Shown piece after piece: positions 39,604 through 53,300 of a stretch of DNA of 64,000 bases (its first letter is position 1; each line of letters opens with the position of its first letter). The stretch covers positions 41,540,001 to 41,604,000 of the forward strand of contig OZ024752.1 in assembly GCA_964016885.1 (NCBI GenBank), written 5' to 3'. The notes beneath the pieces are model-generated. The model saw nothing but the letters and a program-made list of their open reading frames with translations, was not told where the DNA came from and made no database searches. The position numbers and the translations under genes were made by a program. This DNA is from Eledone cirrhosa. Taxonomy: Eukaryota.

Positions 39604-41449
39604 GTATGTGTGTATGTTTCATTGAAATATATTAATTTGTTATAAAATACACTGTTTTTATTATTCATTAATTTTTTCCAGTGTCAATTGTATGTAAAAG
39701 GTTCTCAAACTTTTGGGGCTACAGCCCCCCTCACAGCCATGTAATACCCTCAGCGCCCTCAGCCCTATTTCCAGAGGGACTGGCTAAAACGCAAATTGTA
39801 AATAATATATAATAAATAAAATCGTTAATTTATATATAATAAATAATATAATATAACCTATGTATAAATATATATTATATATTTTTTATATATATGTGTA
39901 ATGGAAACATTTATCCACTACATATGTATATTATATCATTTCTACCCCCTCCACCACCCCCTTAGACCCCAGTGCCCCCCTGAACCTTCTCAACACGACC
40001 AGGGGACGGTAGGGTCCACTTTTAAAACCACTGTTGTATATCAACATCAGGCTAAAATTTCTCTAGTAAAAAATAAAAATACACCGAAAGCCTCTATTTC
40101 TATTTTATGTTAAGGTATTGTTCTCAAAATACATAATATCAAAATCTAGTAGATTCGATATTATGTGAGATAATTATGTGAGGTAAAGTGTGTTTACCAT
40201 GAAAATACAATAGTAAATATAGAGTAATGTAAATGGTAAAGGGTTAAAACAGATGTATTTTGTAGCACAGTAAAATCAAAATCTAGTAGATTCGATATTA
40301 TGTGAGATAATTATGTGAGGTAAAGTGTTTGCCATGAAAATACAATAGTAAATATAGAGTAATGTAAATGGTAAAGGGTTAAAACAGATGTATTTTGTAG
40401 CACAGTAAAATCAAAATCTAGTAGATTCGATATTATGTGAGATAATTATGTGAGGTAAAGTGTGTTTACCATGAAAATACAATAGTAAATATAGAGTAAT
40501 GTAAATGGTAAAGGGTTAAAACAGATGTATTTTGTAGCACAGTAAAATCAAAATCTAGTAGATTCGATATTATGTGAGATAATTATGTGAGGTAAAGTGT
40601 GTTTACCATGAAAATACAATAGTAAATATAGAGTAATGTAAATGGTAAAGGGTTAAAACAAGATGTATTTTGTAGCACAGTAAAATCAAAATCTAGTAGA
40701 TTCGATATTATGTGAGATAATTATGTGAGGTAAAGTGTTTGCCATGAAAATACAATAGTAAATATAGAGTAATGTAAATGGTAAAGGGTTAAAACAGATG
40801 TATTTTGTAGCACAGTAAAATCAAAATCTAGTAGATTCGATATTATGTGAGATAATTATGTGAGGTAAAGTGTGTTTACCATGAAAATACAATAGTAAAT
40901 ATAGAGTAATGTAAATGGTAAAGGGTTAAAACAGATGTATTTTGTAGCACAGTAAAATCAAAATCTAGTAGATTCGATATTATGTGAGATAATTATGTGA
41001 GGTAAAGTGTGTTTACCATGAAAATACAATAGTAAATATAGAGTAATGTAAATGGTAAAGGGTTAAAACAGATGTATTTTGTAGCACAGTAAAATCAAAA
41101 TCTAGTAGATTCGATATTATGTGAGATAATGTGTTTACCATGAAAATACAATAGTAAATATAGAGTAATGTAAATGGTAAAGGGTTAAAACAGATGTATT
41201 TTGTAGCACAGTAAAAGGAGACAGTTTTAGGTGTGAAAACAGTTAAATCTATATTTACCTTCTGTGTCTTTTCTGTCAGGTGAATCTGTCGGGAGGTGCT
41301 TTAAATAATCTGAAATACAGAAGAAACAGTATTTAACATCTTATTTGGAAACTATATATATAACAAAGAACATGTGGTAAGGAACCAGGTGGACCATAGC
41401 TGTCAAAACTGACGGTGCTCAGCCGTTGGAGTCCCGACTCTTTTCCTAC

Positions 41450-41523
<74 letters not shown>

Positions 41524-41866
41524 TATATATATATAGTAATAATAATAAATTTGAAGACTAAAATCCAAAGAGGGCTCGATAAGGATAAATATATATCAGA
41601 TATATAAGAACCGTGAAATATTTACTTCTGCGTTCACAGATTGACTTTTTTAGTTTCAGAAGATCCTGTTAAGGGTGAAAGCAGCGATTCTTTGCTTAAA
41701 CTTTAATCTGTTATTTTAATAAATATATATATATATAATTAAAAGTTTAACAAGGTTCAATGAATTCATCAATGAATAAAGTTTCACAATAGATTAGAAG
41801 CACTCTACAGTAAGGTTTTCTGGAGTTATTAATATTACTTCAAAATATTAATAAATATAGACATTC

Positions 41867-41954
<88 letters not shown>

Positions 41955-42216
41955 CCAGTCCGAAACAAATGAGGTCGTGTAGGTGTCACGACAAAAAAAC
42001 ACACAGTCCACGCTGTAAATGTGGCCGTGTAGGTAACACGGTAAAAACCTCCCAGTTCCACACTGTAAACGTGGTTGGTGTTAGGAAGGGCATCCAGCTG
42101 TAGAAAACCCGCCAGATAGTCCTATGCGAGCAAGACAACCACTCTTGCCTCAAGTGGGAAAACTCCCATCCAAACCCATGCAAGCGTGGAATATGGACGT
42201 TAAACGATGATGATGA

Positions 42217-42270
<54 letters not shown>

Positions 42271-43795
42271 TACTCGAGAGAAGGCTACGTTGGTACGGTC
42301 ACGTGATGCGCATGAAAGACGACAGCTGTATAACAAAGTGCAGGGCAATAAAGATAGACGGTAGCCACGGAGTAGGCAGACCCAGAAAAACATGGGACGA
42401 GCTGATAAATTCCGACCTCACACGCTTACACCTCTCCAAGACAATGTCACTGGACCGAGACCTTTGGCGGTACTCAGTAATAGAGAAGACCCGCCTTACC
42501 TAAATACAAAGTAAAAACCTACTACAGTCAGTAGGCATCTCTATCAAAACACACCCCCGTCCCACCACCTCCACCCCACCCACACCGCCCCTTTCAATGT
42601 AAAGTTATGTTGGTCCCACAACATCCAGGCCGAAACAAATGAGATCGTGTAGGTCTCACGACAAAAAACACACAGTCCACGCTGTAAATGTGGCCGTGTA
42701 GGCAACACGGTAAAAACCTCCCAGCCCCACACTGTAAATGTGGTTGGTGTTAGGAAGGGCATCCAGCTGTAGAAAACCCGCCAGACAGTCCACGCTGTAA
42801 TGTGGCCGTGTAGGCAACACGGTAAAAACTTCCCAGCCCCACACTGTAAATGTGGTTGGTGTTAGGAAGGGCATCCAACTGTAGAAAACCCGCCAGACAG
42901 TCCTATGCGAGCAAGACAACCACTCTTGCCTCAAGTGGGAAAACCCCCGTCCAAACCCATGCAAGCGTGGAACACGGACGTTAAACCTGATGATGATGAT
43001 GATGATATATATATATATATATATATATATACATTTATAATAATTGTTTCTATTTTTGGCACAAGGCCAGCAATTATCCCAGTGTATATATGTATATTGC
43101 TTTATTTTATTGACCCCATAAGGATGAAAGGCAAAGTTAAACTCGGCGGGATTTGAACTCATACCATAAAGAGCCGTAACTCTTTGCTATAAAGCATGGC
43201 GCCAGACCCTCTACCGATACTGCCAATCCACTGTATAATAATACATCTAGTTTAGATTCAGTGCCCCACATCCCTGCATGCAATCCAATGTAAACCATTC
43301 CCTTATAAAGTCTCATCCAAACCAAACCTCCATAAAAAATGTATACGTAAAAATGAAGAGGATTTAAGAATCCATATCTCAACAACAAACAGAAACAACA
43401 AACAACAACAATACTATGGACATCTAAAGTTCACTAACAAATTAACATATAAAAATATTATATGAACATATACATATATATATGCATATATATATATATG
43501 TATATATATATATATGTATATATGTATATACACACACACACATGCATATATATGTGTGGATGTGTGTATATATATATATATATATACAAATAGATATAAA
43601 TATTTAAATATTTATACACATATATATATATATATATATATATACACACGTATATATGCATGTGTGCGTGCATATGTATATATATGCATGTGTGTGTGCA
43701 TATGTATATATATACATGTGTGTGTGCATATGTATATATATACAGACATATACATTTATATACATATGCACATACACACATGCATATATACGTGT

Positions 43796-43852
<57 letters not shown>

Positions 43853-43864
43853 TACACACTCACG

Positions 43865-43923
<59 letters not shown>

Positions 43924-44010
43924 GCATATATATAAATATATATATATACATATACTCATAGATATAAAAATAAATATTTATGAGTATATCTATGTATAAA
44001 TATTTATGTG

Positions 44011-44041
<31 letters not shown>

Positions 44042-44096
44042 TTATATGTATGCATATATATGTGTGTGTGTATCTATTTATATATATGAATGTATT

Positions 44097-44142
<46 letters not shown>

Positions 44143-44800
44143 TATGCACACAAACACATATTCAACTATATACATATATCTATATATCTAATATAAGCAA
44201 TTCAAAAAAAAAGGGATGACAAGAAAGCAAGTCAGTACAAAAATTAACATAGTTATTAAGAATGGGTGGCAGTGGAAATGGGTTAGACTAACCTTTTAAT
44301 AATAACTCATAACGAGGAACTCTTTGGATTGGTTCCAACATGTGATGTTGTAAGGTTAAATTGGCACAGTCAGGGCGTTGCTGTAATAACACAACATATC
44401 AACAGAATATATAACATATCACAACATATAAATAATAGAGTAAAGAAAGAAAATATTCCAAAATATGAAAACAGCATAGAAATGGTAAAATGGTAAAATG
44501 GTAAAAATTGTAAACCCCCAACACCACTCACATACAGACACATACAGACACATATATACACACACATGTACTGTACTATATGCATGTACTCACATGCATA
44601 TAGTACATGTACACATGCATGCACATAAACACACATACAAATACATGTGAGTGAGAGATATTTATTTGAACTATATACACACACACACACACATATATAT
44701 ATATAGGAACAAGTAAGACCCCGACGGCTGAGCTCAAGCCGTTTCGACGGCTAATTTTGGTGCGTTATGGTCCACCTGGTTCCTTACCACATTTCCTTCG

Positions 44801-44831
<31 letters not shown>

Positions 44832-45059
44832 AAGGCGTGTGGCTGAGTGGTTAGAGAACTGGATTCGCAATCGTGAGGTTGTGAGTTCGATTCCTGGACC
44901 GGGCGATGTGTTGTGTCCTTGAGCAAGACACTTTATTTCACGTAGCTCCTTCTACCTGGAGTTGCGACCGATAGATAGTATTAGCAATTGGAAAGACCAA
45001 TGGAAACACTGTTCCCTCGGTCCAATTTGACGAAAGTCGATCGTTAGGAAAAAAAATAT

Positions 45060-45093
<34 letters not shown>

Positions 45094-45901
45094 GTAAATA
45101 TATATATATGTATATATATGTAGTATATATATATATAGGGAGAAATATGTATGCAGTAGATGTACAGGGAAATTAGACAGTAGAAGTCGCATTGATAGGC
45201 ACATTTTTCAAATGCAGGAGGGCGCTATAGAAGTGGTGGATAGCATCCGGTACCTAGGAGATCAGATTAGCATGGGAGGAGGGTGTTCCGAGGCCATAGT
45301 ATCTAGAATAAGTAGAATAAGGACAGGTTGGAAGAAGTTTAGGGAGTTGCTTCCTCTGTTGACGAAGAAGGGTTTCTACCTGCGTACGAAAGGCTGGTTG
45401 TATGATGCCTGTGTGAGGAGCACGATGTTGCATGGTAGTGAGACATGGGCAGCAACTGCAGGGGATATGCGATGGCTGGAGAGAAATGAGGCAAGCATGC
45501 TCCGTTGGATGTGCAGTGTGCGTGAACGACCCAGCATAAATGTGTTGAGAGAGAAACTGTGTCTGAGAGGGATAGAATGTAGTGTACGGGAGAGGAGACT
45601 GAGGTGGTATGGACATGTGATGCGCATGGAGGATGACCGATGGGTGAAGAAGTGCCAGGAATTGCCAGTTGAAGGAAGACGTGGTAGAGGTAGACCACGA
45701 AAAACATGGGCGGAGGTGGTGAGAACAGACCTCAGATCATTGAAGCTCACGGTGGAGATGACGAGGGACCGTGACGAGTGGAGAGATGCTGTGCTGAATA
45801 AGACCCGTCCCACCCTTGCAAGCAGGGAAAAGCGGATGTAAAATGATGATGATGATATATATATATATATATATGTATGTGTAAATATATATATATGTAC
45901 A

Positions 45902-45965
<64 letters not shown>

Positions 45966-48900
45966 AATATATATATATATGTACATATAGAAAGGTTATA
46001 TTTAATTTGTTGGAATTCAACAAACTTAAAAGTTTTATATCTGATATAAAGCACTCAACAATTTGGTGGAGTAAATATTCATTATATTAATAAATGGAAA
46101 CTATATTTATAAAACCATAATTATTTTATTATATATATTTCAAGGGCAACCAAGGCAAATTTTGGTGCGCTTTCATCAGATAAAATACAAAATTTGTTTT
46201 ATAAATGTTGACATATCTGCAGAAGAACAACCTTGATAGTTGGATGTTGCTGGATAGTGAAAAAATTTTCTTGAGGGTGTATGTACATAAATATATATAT
46301 TTAAATATATATATATGTAAATATATATATATATATGTACATATATATATATATTTATGAAAATATAATAGTATATATAGAGTAATGTAACTGCTAAAGG
46401 GTTAAAACATTTGTTGTAACAAATGGAATTAAAATAGTTTTTCTCACCTGGATTTCTTTCACAATAGCTGCAAATCTGGGATGTTTTTCTGCTGATTCAT
46501 TCATAAGGTTCATGGCATTATCAAAGTTCTTCACATATTCTGAATAGAGTTTAAGGAATGGTGCATTTCTCTTCATTAGATCTCCAATTCTTGGTTCTGA
46601 ATGCCTGGATGGAGAGGTGACAAAAAAAGAAAAATAACAGAAAATGAATACAGATTGATAAATCTGAATTAACCTTTTGTTGATACCAAACTTCCCCAAA
46701 CCAACTCTGGGTTTTGTTACTGGATTAACCCTTTAGATACCAAATTGCCTGCAACTGCCTTTGGTCCTACGTATATTATAAAATTGTTTGTTTTAAAATG
46801 TTTATATTTATATAATGAAGGCGCTTGGCTGAATGGTTAAAGAATTGGATTCACAATCGTGAGGTTTGTGAATTCGATTCCAGACCAGGCGATGCGTAAT
46901 GTCCTTGGGCAAGACACTTTATTTCACATTGCTCCTTCTGCCTGGAGTTGCGACCGATTGATAGTATTAACAATTGGAAAGACCAATGGAAACATTGTTT
47001 CCATGGTTCCAATTCAACGAAAGTCGATCAACTGTCGATATTCATATAAAAACCTTCCAAAGAACCTTTATTAAGTTTTGTCCCAAACATCAGATATATA
47101 ATGAGAAAGTTATATTATTAATTCCTTCCAAATTCTTGATTATTTTCAAAATTATTTGAAAATTACAAGCAGTGTATTTCATTACAAATGTGATATTTAA
47201 AGATTTAATTTCTGGAAGATGTAAACAATTTTTTTTATTAATTATTTGTCCTATATTTTTGAAAATGTAATTTTGGTATTTGTTATTACATTAAAATCCC
47301 CGTAATGAAGAATGTGAAAAAGATTTTGAAAAAAAAGAGTGTGAGAGGAGAGGAGGGGGGGGGCGAGATAGTGGAATAAACAGGAAGAACAAGAGGTGGA
47401 GGGGGGTGATGTAACACCAGATGAAATACTGAGAGTTGTTGAAGTTATTGTTGTTGAGAGATTATTTCCTACAGATTTAAATAAATGTTGATAATATCTG
47501 ACAGATGAACCAGCTTCATACGGTGGTGTTGTTGATGGTGGTGGTGGTGTTGATGGTGGTGGTGGTAGTGGTGTTGATGGTGGTGGTGGTGTTGATGTTG
47601 ATGGTGGTGGTGGTGTTGATGTTGATGGTGGTGTTGTTGATGGTGGTAGTGGTGTTGATGGTGGTGTTGATGGTGGTAGTGGTGTTGATGGTGGTGGTGG
47701 TGTTGATGGTGGTGGTGGTGTTGATGGTGGTAGTGGTGTTGTTGCTGGTGGTAGTGGTGTTGTTGATGGTGGTAGTGGTGTTGTTGATGGTGGTGGTGGT
47801 GTTGATGGTGGTGTTGATGGTGGTAGTGGTGTTGATGGTGGTGGTGGTGTTGATGGTGGTAGTGGTGTTGATGGTGGTAGTGGTGTTGTTGATGGTGGTA
47901 GTGGTGTTGTTGATGGTGGTAGTGGTGTTGTTGATGGTGGTGGTGGTGTTGATGGTGGTAGTGGTGTTGTTGCTGGTGGTAGTGGTGTTGTTGATGGTGG
48001 TAGTGGTGTTGTTGATGGTGGTGGTGGTGTTGATGGTGGTGTTGATGGTGGTAGTGGTGTTGATGGTGGTGGTGGTGTTGATGGTGGTAGTGGTGTTGAT
48101 GGTGGTAGTGGTGTTGTTGATGGTGGTAGTGGTGTTGTTGATGGTGGTAGTGGTGTTGTTGATGGTGGTAGTGGTGTTGTTGATGGTGGTAGTGGTGTTG
48201 TTGATGGTGGTAGTGGTGTTGTTGATGGTGGTGGTGGTGTTGATGGTGGTAGTGGTGTTGATGGTGGTAGTGGTGTTGTTGATGGTGGTAGTGGTGTTGA
48301 TGGTGGTGGTGGTAGTGGTGTTGATGGTGGTGGTGGTGTTGATGTTGATGGTGGTGTTGTTGATGGTGGTGGTGGTGTTGATGGTGGTGGTGGTGTTGAT
48401 GGTGGTGGTGGTGTTGATGGTGGTGGTGGTGTTGATGGTGGTGGTGGTGTTGATGGTGGTGGTGGTGTTGATGGTGGTGGTGGTGTTGATGGTGGTGGTG
48501 GTGTTGATGTTGATGGTGATGGTGGTAGTGGTGTTGATGGTGGTGGTGGTGTTGATGTTGATGGTGGTGTTGTTGATGGCGGTGGTGGTGTTGATGGCGG
48601 TGGTGTTGATGTTGATGGCGGTGGTGGTGTTGATGGTGGTGGTGGTGTTGATGGTGGTGGTGGTGTTGATGGTGGTGGTGGTGTTGATGGTAGTGGTGTT
48701 GTTGCTGGTGGTAGTGGTGTTGTTGATGGTGGTGGTGGTGTTGATGGTGTTGATGGTGGTAGTGGTGTTGCTGGTGGTAGTGGTGTTGTTGATGGTGGTG
48801 GTGGTGTTGATGGTGTTGATGGTGGTGGTGGTGTTGCTGGTGGTAGTGGTGGTGTTGATGGTGGTGGTGGTGTTGCTGGTGGTAGTGGTGTTGTTGATGG

Positions 48901-49193
48901 TGGTGGTGGTGTTGATGGTGGTGGTGTTGATGGTGGTGGTGGTGTTGATGTTGATGGTGGTGGTGGTGTTGATGGTGGTGGTGGTGTTGATGGTGTTGAT
49001 GGTGGTAGTGGTGTTGCTGGTGGTAGTGGTGTTGTTGATGTTGATGGTGGTGTTGTTGATGGTGGTGGTGGTGTTGATGGTGTTGATGGTGGTGGTGTTG
49101 ATGGTGGTGGTGGTGTTGTTGATGGCGGCGGTGGTGGTGGTGTTGATGGTGGTGTTGTTGATGGTGGTGGTGGTGTTGATGGTGGTGGTGGTA

Positions 49194-49226
<33 letters not shown>

Positions 49227-50358
49227 GTGGTGGTGTTGATGTTGATGGTGGTGTTGTTGATGGCGGTGGTGGTGTTGATGGCGGTGGTGGTGGTGTTGCT
49301 GGTGGTAGTGGTGTTGTTGATGGCGGTAGTGGTGTTGATGGTGGTGGTGGTGTTGATGGTGGTGGTGGTGTTGATGGTAGTGGTGTTGTTGCTGGTGGTG
49401 GTGGTGGTGTTGATGGTGGTAGTGGTGGTGTTGATGGTGGTGGTGTTGTTGATGGTGGTGGTGGTGTTGATGGTGGTGGTGGTGTTGATGTTGATGGTGG
49501 TGTTGTTGGTGGTGGTGGTGGTGTTGATGGTGGTGGTGGTGTTGATGTTGATGGTGATGGTGGTAGTGGTGTTGATGGTGGTGGTGGTGTTGATGTTGAT
49601 GGTGGTGTTGTTGATGGCGGTGGTGGTGTTGATGGCGGTGGTGGTGTTGATGTTGATGGTGGTGTTGTTGATGGTGGTGGTGGTGTTGATGTTGATGGTG
49701 ATGGTGGTAGTGGTGTTGATGGTGGTGGTGGTGTTGATGTTGATGGTGGTGTTGTTGATGGCGGTGGTGGTGTTGATGGCGGTGGTGGTGTTGATGTTGA
49801 TGGTGGTGTTGTTGATGGTGGTGTTGATGTTGATGGTGGTGTTGTTGATGGTGGTGGTGGTGTTGATGGTAGTGGTGTTGTTGCTGGTGGTAGTGGTGTT
49901 GTTGATGGTGGTGGTGGTGTTGATGGTGGTGGTGGTGTTGATGGTGGTAGTGGTGTTGATGGTGGTGGTGGTGTTGATGGTGGTAGTGGTGTTGATGGTG
50001 GTGGTAGTGTTGATGGTGGTGGTGGTGTTGATGGTGGTGGTGGTAGTGTTGATGGTGGTGGTGGTGTTGATGGTGGTGGTGGTAATGGTGGCGGTGGTAA
50101 TGAAGATGATATCTGACAGATGAACCAGCTTTATATGGTGGTGGTAGTGACGGTGGTGGTGGTGGTGGTGGTGGTGGTATCTGAGAGATGAGCCAGCTTT
50201 ATATCGTGGTGGTGGTAATGATGGTGATGGTGTTGGTGTCGGTGTTGGTGGTGGTGTTGGTGTTGGTAGTGATGATGATGATGATGATGATGGTGATGGT
50301 AATAATGATAATAATGATGATGAAGATGATGATGGTGATGGTGGTGGTAATAATGATG

Positions 50359-50390
<32 letters not shown>

Positions 50391-53300
50391 ATTTGAGAGA
50401 TAAGCCAGCTTTATATTATATGAATGAATGGATGAATTTGAAGAAATGCAATGTCTGACAGTGGCAGCCATTACATCAGAGTGTAAGAATGTAAGAGGAA
50501 AGCAAATATAGAGCTGATCTAATAATGGATCAAGAATCTATTGATACGGAAACATGATGGTGGCTCTTATTGATTTTATATTATTGATAGCACCAGTGAC
50601 GATTGGGTAATGGTTGAGTGGCGGTTGAGTGGCGGTTCAGTGGTGGTTCAGTGGCGGTAGTGGTGATTGTGTGGTGGTTGAGTAGTGGTTGTGTGGTGGT
50701 TGAGTGGCGGTAGTGGTGGTTGAGTGGTGGTTGAGTTGCGGTTGAGTGGCGGTAGTGGTGATTGTGTGGTGGTTGAGTTGTGGTTGAGTGGCGGTAGTGG
50801 TGATTGTGTGGTGGTTGAGTAGTGGTTGTGTGGTGGTTGAGTTGTGGTTGAGTGGCGGTAGTGGTGATTGTGTGGTGGTTGAGTACTGGTAGTGTGGTGG
50901 TTGAGTTGTGGTGATTGTGTGGTGGTTGAGTAGTGGTTGTATGGTGGTTGAGTTGTGGTTGAGTGGCGGTAGTGGTGATTGTGTGGTGGTTGAGTACTGG
51001 TAGTGTGGTGGTTGAGTTGTGGTGATTGTGTGGTGGTTGAGTAGTGGTTGTATGGTGGTTGAGTTGTGGTTGAGTGGCGGTAGTGGTGATTGTGTGGTGG
51101 TTGAGTAGTGGTTGAGTGGTGGTTCAGTGGCGGTAGTGGTGATTGTGTGGTGGTTGAGTAGTGGTAGTGTGGTGGTTGAGTGGTGATTGAGTGATAGTGT
51201 AGTGGCTGAGTGTTGGTTTAGTGGTGGTTGAGCGGTGGTTGTGTGTTGGTTGAGTAGTGGTAGTGTGGTGGTTGAGTGGTGATTGAGTGATGGTGTGGTG
51301 GCTGAGTGTTGGTTTAGTGGTGGTTGAGCGGTGGTTGTGTGTTGGTTGAGTAGTGGTAGTGTGGTGGTTGAGTGGTGATTGAGTGATGGTGTGGTGGCTG
51401 AGTGTTAGTTTAGTGGTGGTTGTGTGTTGGTTGAGTAGTGGTAGTGTGGTGGTTGAGTGGTGATTGAGTGATGGTGTGGTGGCTGAGTGTTGGTTTAGTG
51501 GTGGTTGAGCGGTGGTTGAGTAGTGGTAGTGTGGTGGTTGAGTGGTGATTGAGTGATGGTGTGGTGGCTGAGTGTTAGTTTAGTGGTGGTTGAGCGGTGG
51601 TGGGTGTGTTGGTTGAGTAGTGGTAGTGTGGTGGTTGAGTGGTGATTGAGTGATGGTGTGGTGGCTGAGTGTTGGTTTAGTGGTGGTGGGTGTGTTGGTT
51701 GAGTAGTGGTAGTGTGGTGGTTGAGTGGTGATTGAGTGATGGTGTGGTGGCTGAGTGTTGGTTTAATGGTGGTTTAGTGGTGGTGGGTGTGTTGGTTGAG
51801 TAGTGGTAGTGTGATGGTTGAGTGGTGATTGAGTGATGGTGTGGTGGCTGAGTGTTGGTTTAGTGGTGGTTGAGCGGTGGTTGTGTGTTGGTTGAGTAGT
51901 GGTAGTGTGGTGGTTGAGTGGTGATTGAGTGATGGTGTGGTGGCTGAGTGTTGGTTTAGTGGTGGTTGAGCGGTGGTTGTGTGTTGGTTGAGTAGTGGTA
52001 GTGTGGTGGTTGAGTGGTGATTGAGTGATGGTGTGGTGGCTGAGTGTTAGTTTAGTGGTGGTTGTGTGTTGGTTGAGTAGTGGTAGTGTGGTGGTTGAGT
52101 GGTGATTGAGTGATGGTGTGGTGGCTGAGTGTTAGTTTAGTGGTGGTTGAGCGGTGGTTGTGTGTTGGTTGAGTAGTGGTAGTGTGGTGGTTGAGTGGTG
52201 ATTGAGTGATGGTGTGGTGGCTGAGTGTTAGTTTAGTGGTGGTTGTGTGTTGGTTGAGTAGTGGTAGTGTGGTGGTTGAGTGGTGATTGAGTGATGGTGT
52301 GGTGGCTGAGTGTTGGTTTAATGGTGGTTGAGCGGTGGTTGTGTGTTGGTTGAGTAGTGGTAGTGTGGTGGTTGAGTGGTGATTGAGTGATGGTGTGGTG
52401 GCTGAGTGTTAGTTTAGTGGTGGTTGAGCGGTGGTTGAGCGGTGTTGGTTGAGTAGTGGTAGTGTGGTGGTTGAGTGGTGATTGAGTGATGGTGTGGTGG
52501 CTGACTGTTGGTTTAATGGTGGTTGAGCGGTGGTTGTGTGTTGGTTGAGTAGTGGTAGTGTGATGGTTGAGTGGTGATTGAGTGATGGTGTGGTGGCTGA
52601 GTGTTAGTTTAGTGGTGGTTGTGTGTTGGTTGAGTAGTGGTAGTGTGGTGGTTGAGTGGTGATTGAGTGATGGTGTGGTGGCTGAGTGTTGGTTTAATGG
52701 TGGTTGAGTGTTGGTTGAGTAGTGGTCCACTTACAAAGGAATTCTGTCAGCATGTGAATGACCTGAGAGTCAAACATTTCTAATAACAACTAATTTAGTA
52801 ACTTAACAGTTTCAATATGGAGTTTATAGAATTTATGTAATTTGTGCAACATTTAATAAAATGAAAAACAATCTTCTCTTTCTCTCTCTCTTTTCTCTCA
52901 TTTCTCTTCTGTTCTCCATCTCTCTCATCACTTTCTCCTTCTTCTTCTTCTCCTTCTCTCTTTCTCTTCTCCTCCTTCTCTCTTTCTCTCCACCACCCCT
53001 CTCTATCCCCAACCCCCTCTCCTTCTCTTTTTCTCTCCACCAACATCTCTCTTTCCCTCCACCAACCTCTCTCTTTCCCTTCCCCAACCCCTCTCCTTCT
53101 CTCTTTCTCTTCCCCAACCTCTCTCTTTCTCTTCCCCAACCTCTCTCCTTCTCTCTTTCTCTTCCCCAACCGCTCTCTTTCTCTTCCCCAACCTCTCTCC
53201 TTCTCTTCCCCAACCTCTCTCTTTCCCTCCACCAACCGCTCTCTTTCCCTTCCCCAACCCCTCTCCTTCTCTCTTTCTCTTCCCCAACCTCTCTCTTTCT

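Noticed and set aside
43458-44219. Many Y/I/C/V/H/T ORFs (also near 20.5, 31.2 and 61 kb)
   Set aside because: (TA)n/(CA)n microsatellite artefacts.
47505-50123. 872-aa V/L/M-rich ORF
   Set aside because: Pure GTG/TTG/ATG triplet repeat antisense within an FGD intron; it lacks stops only because of its composition.
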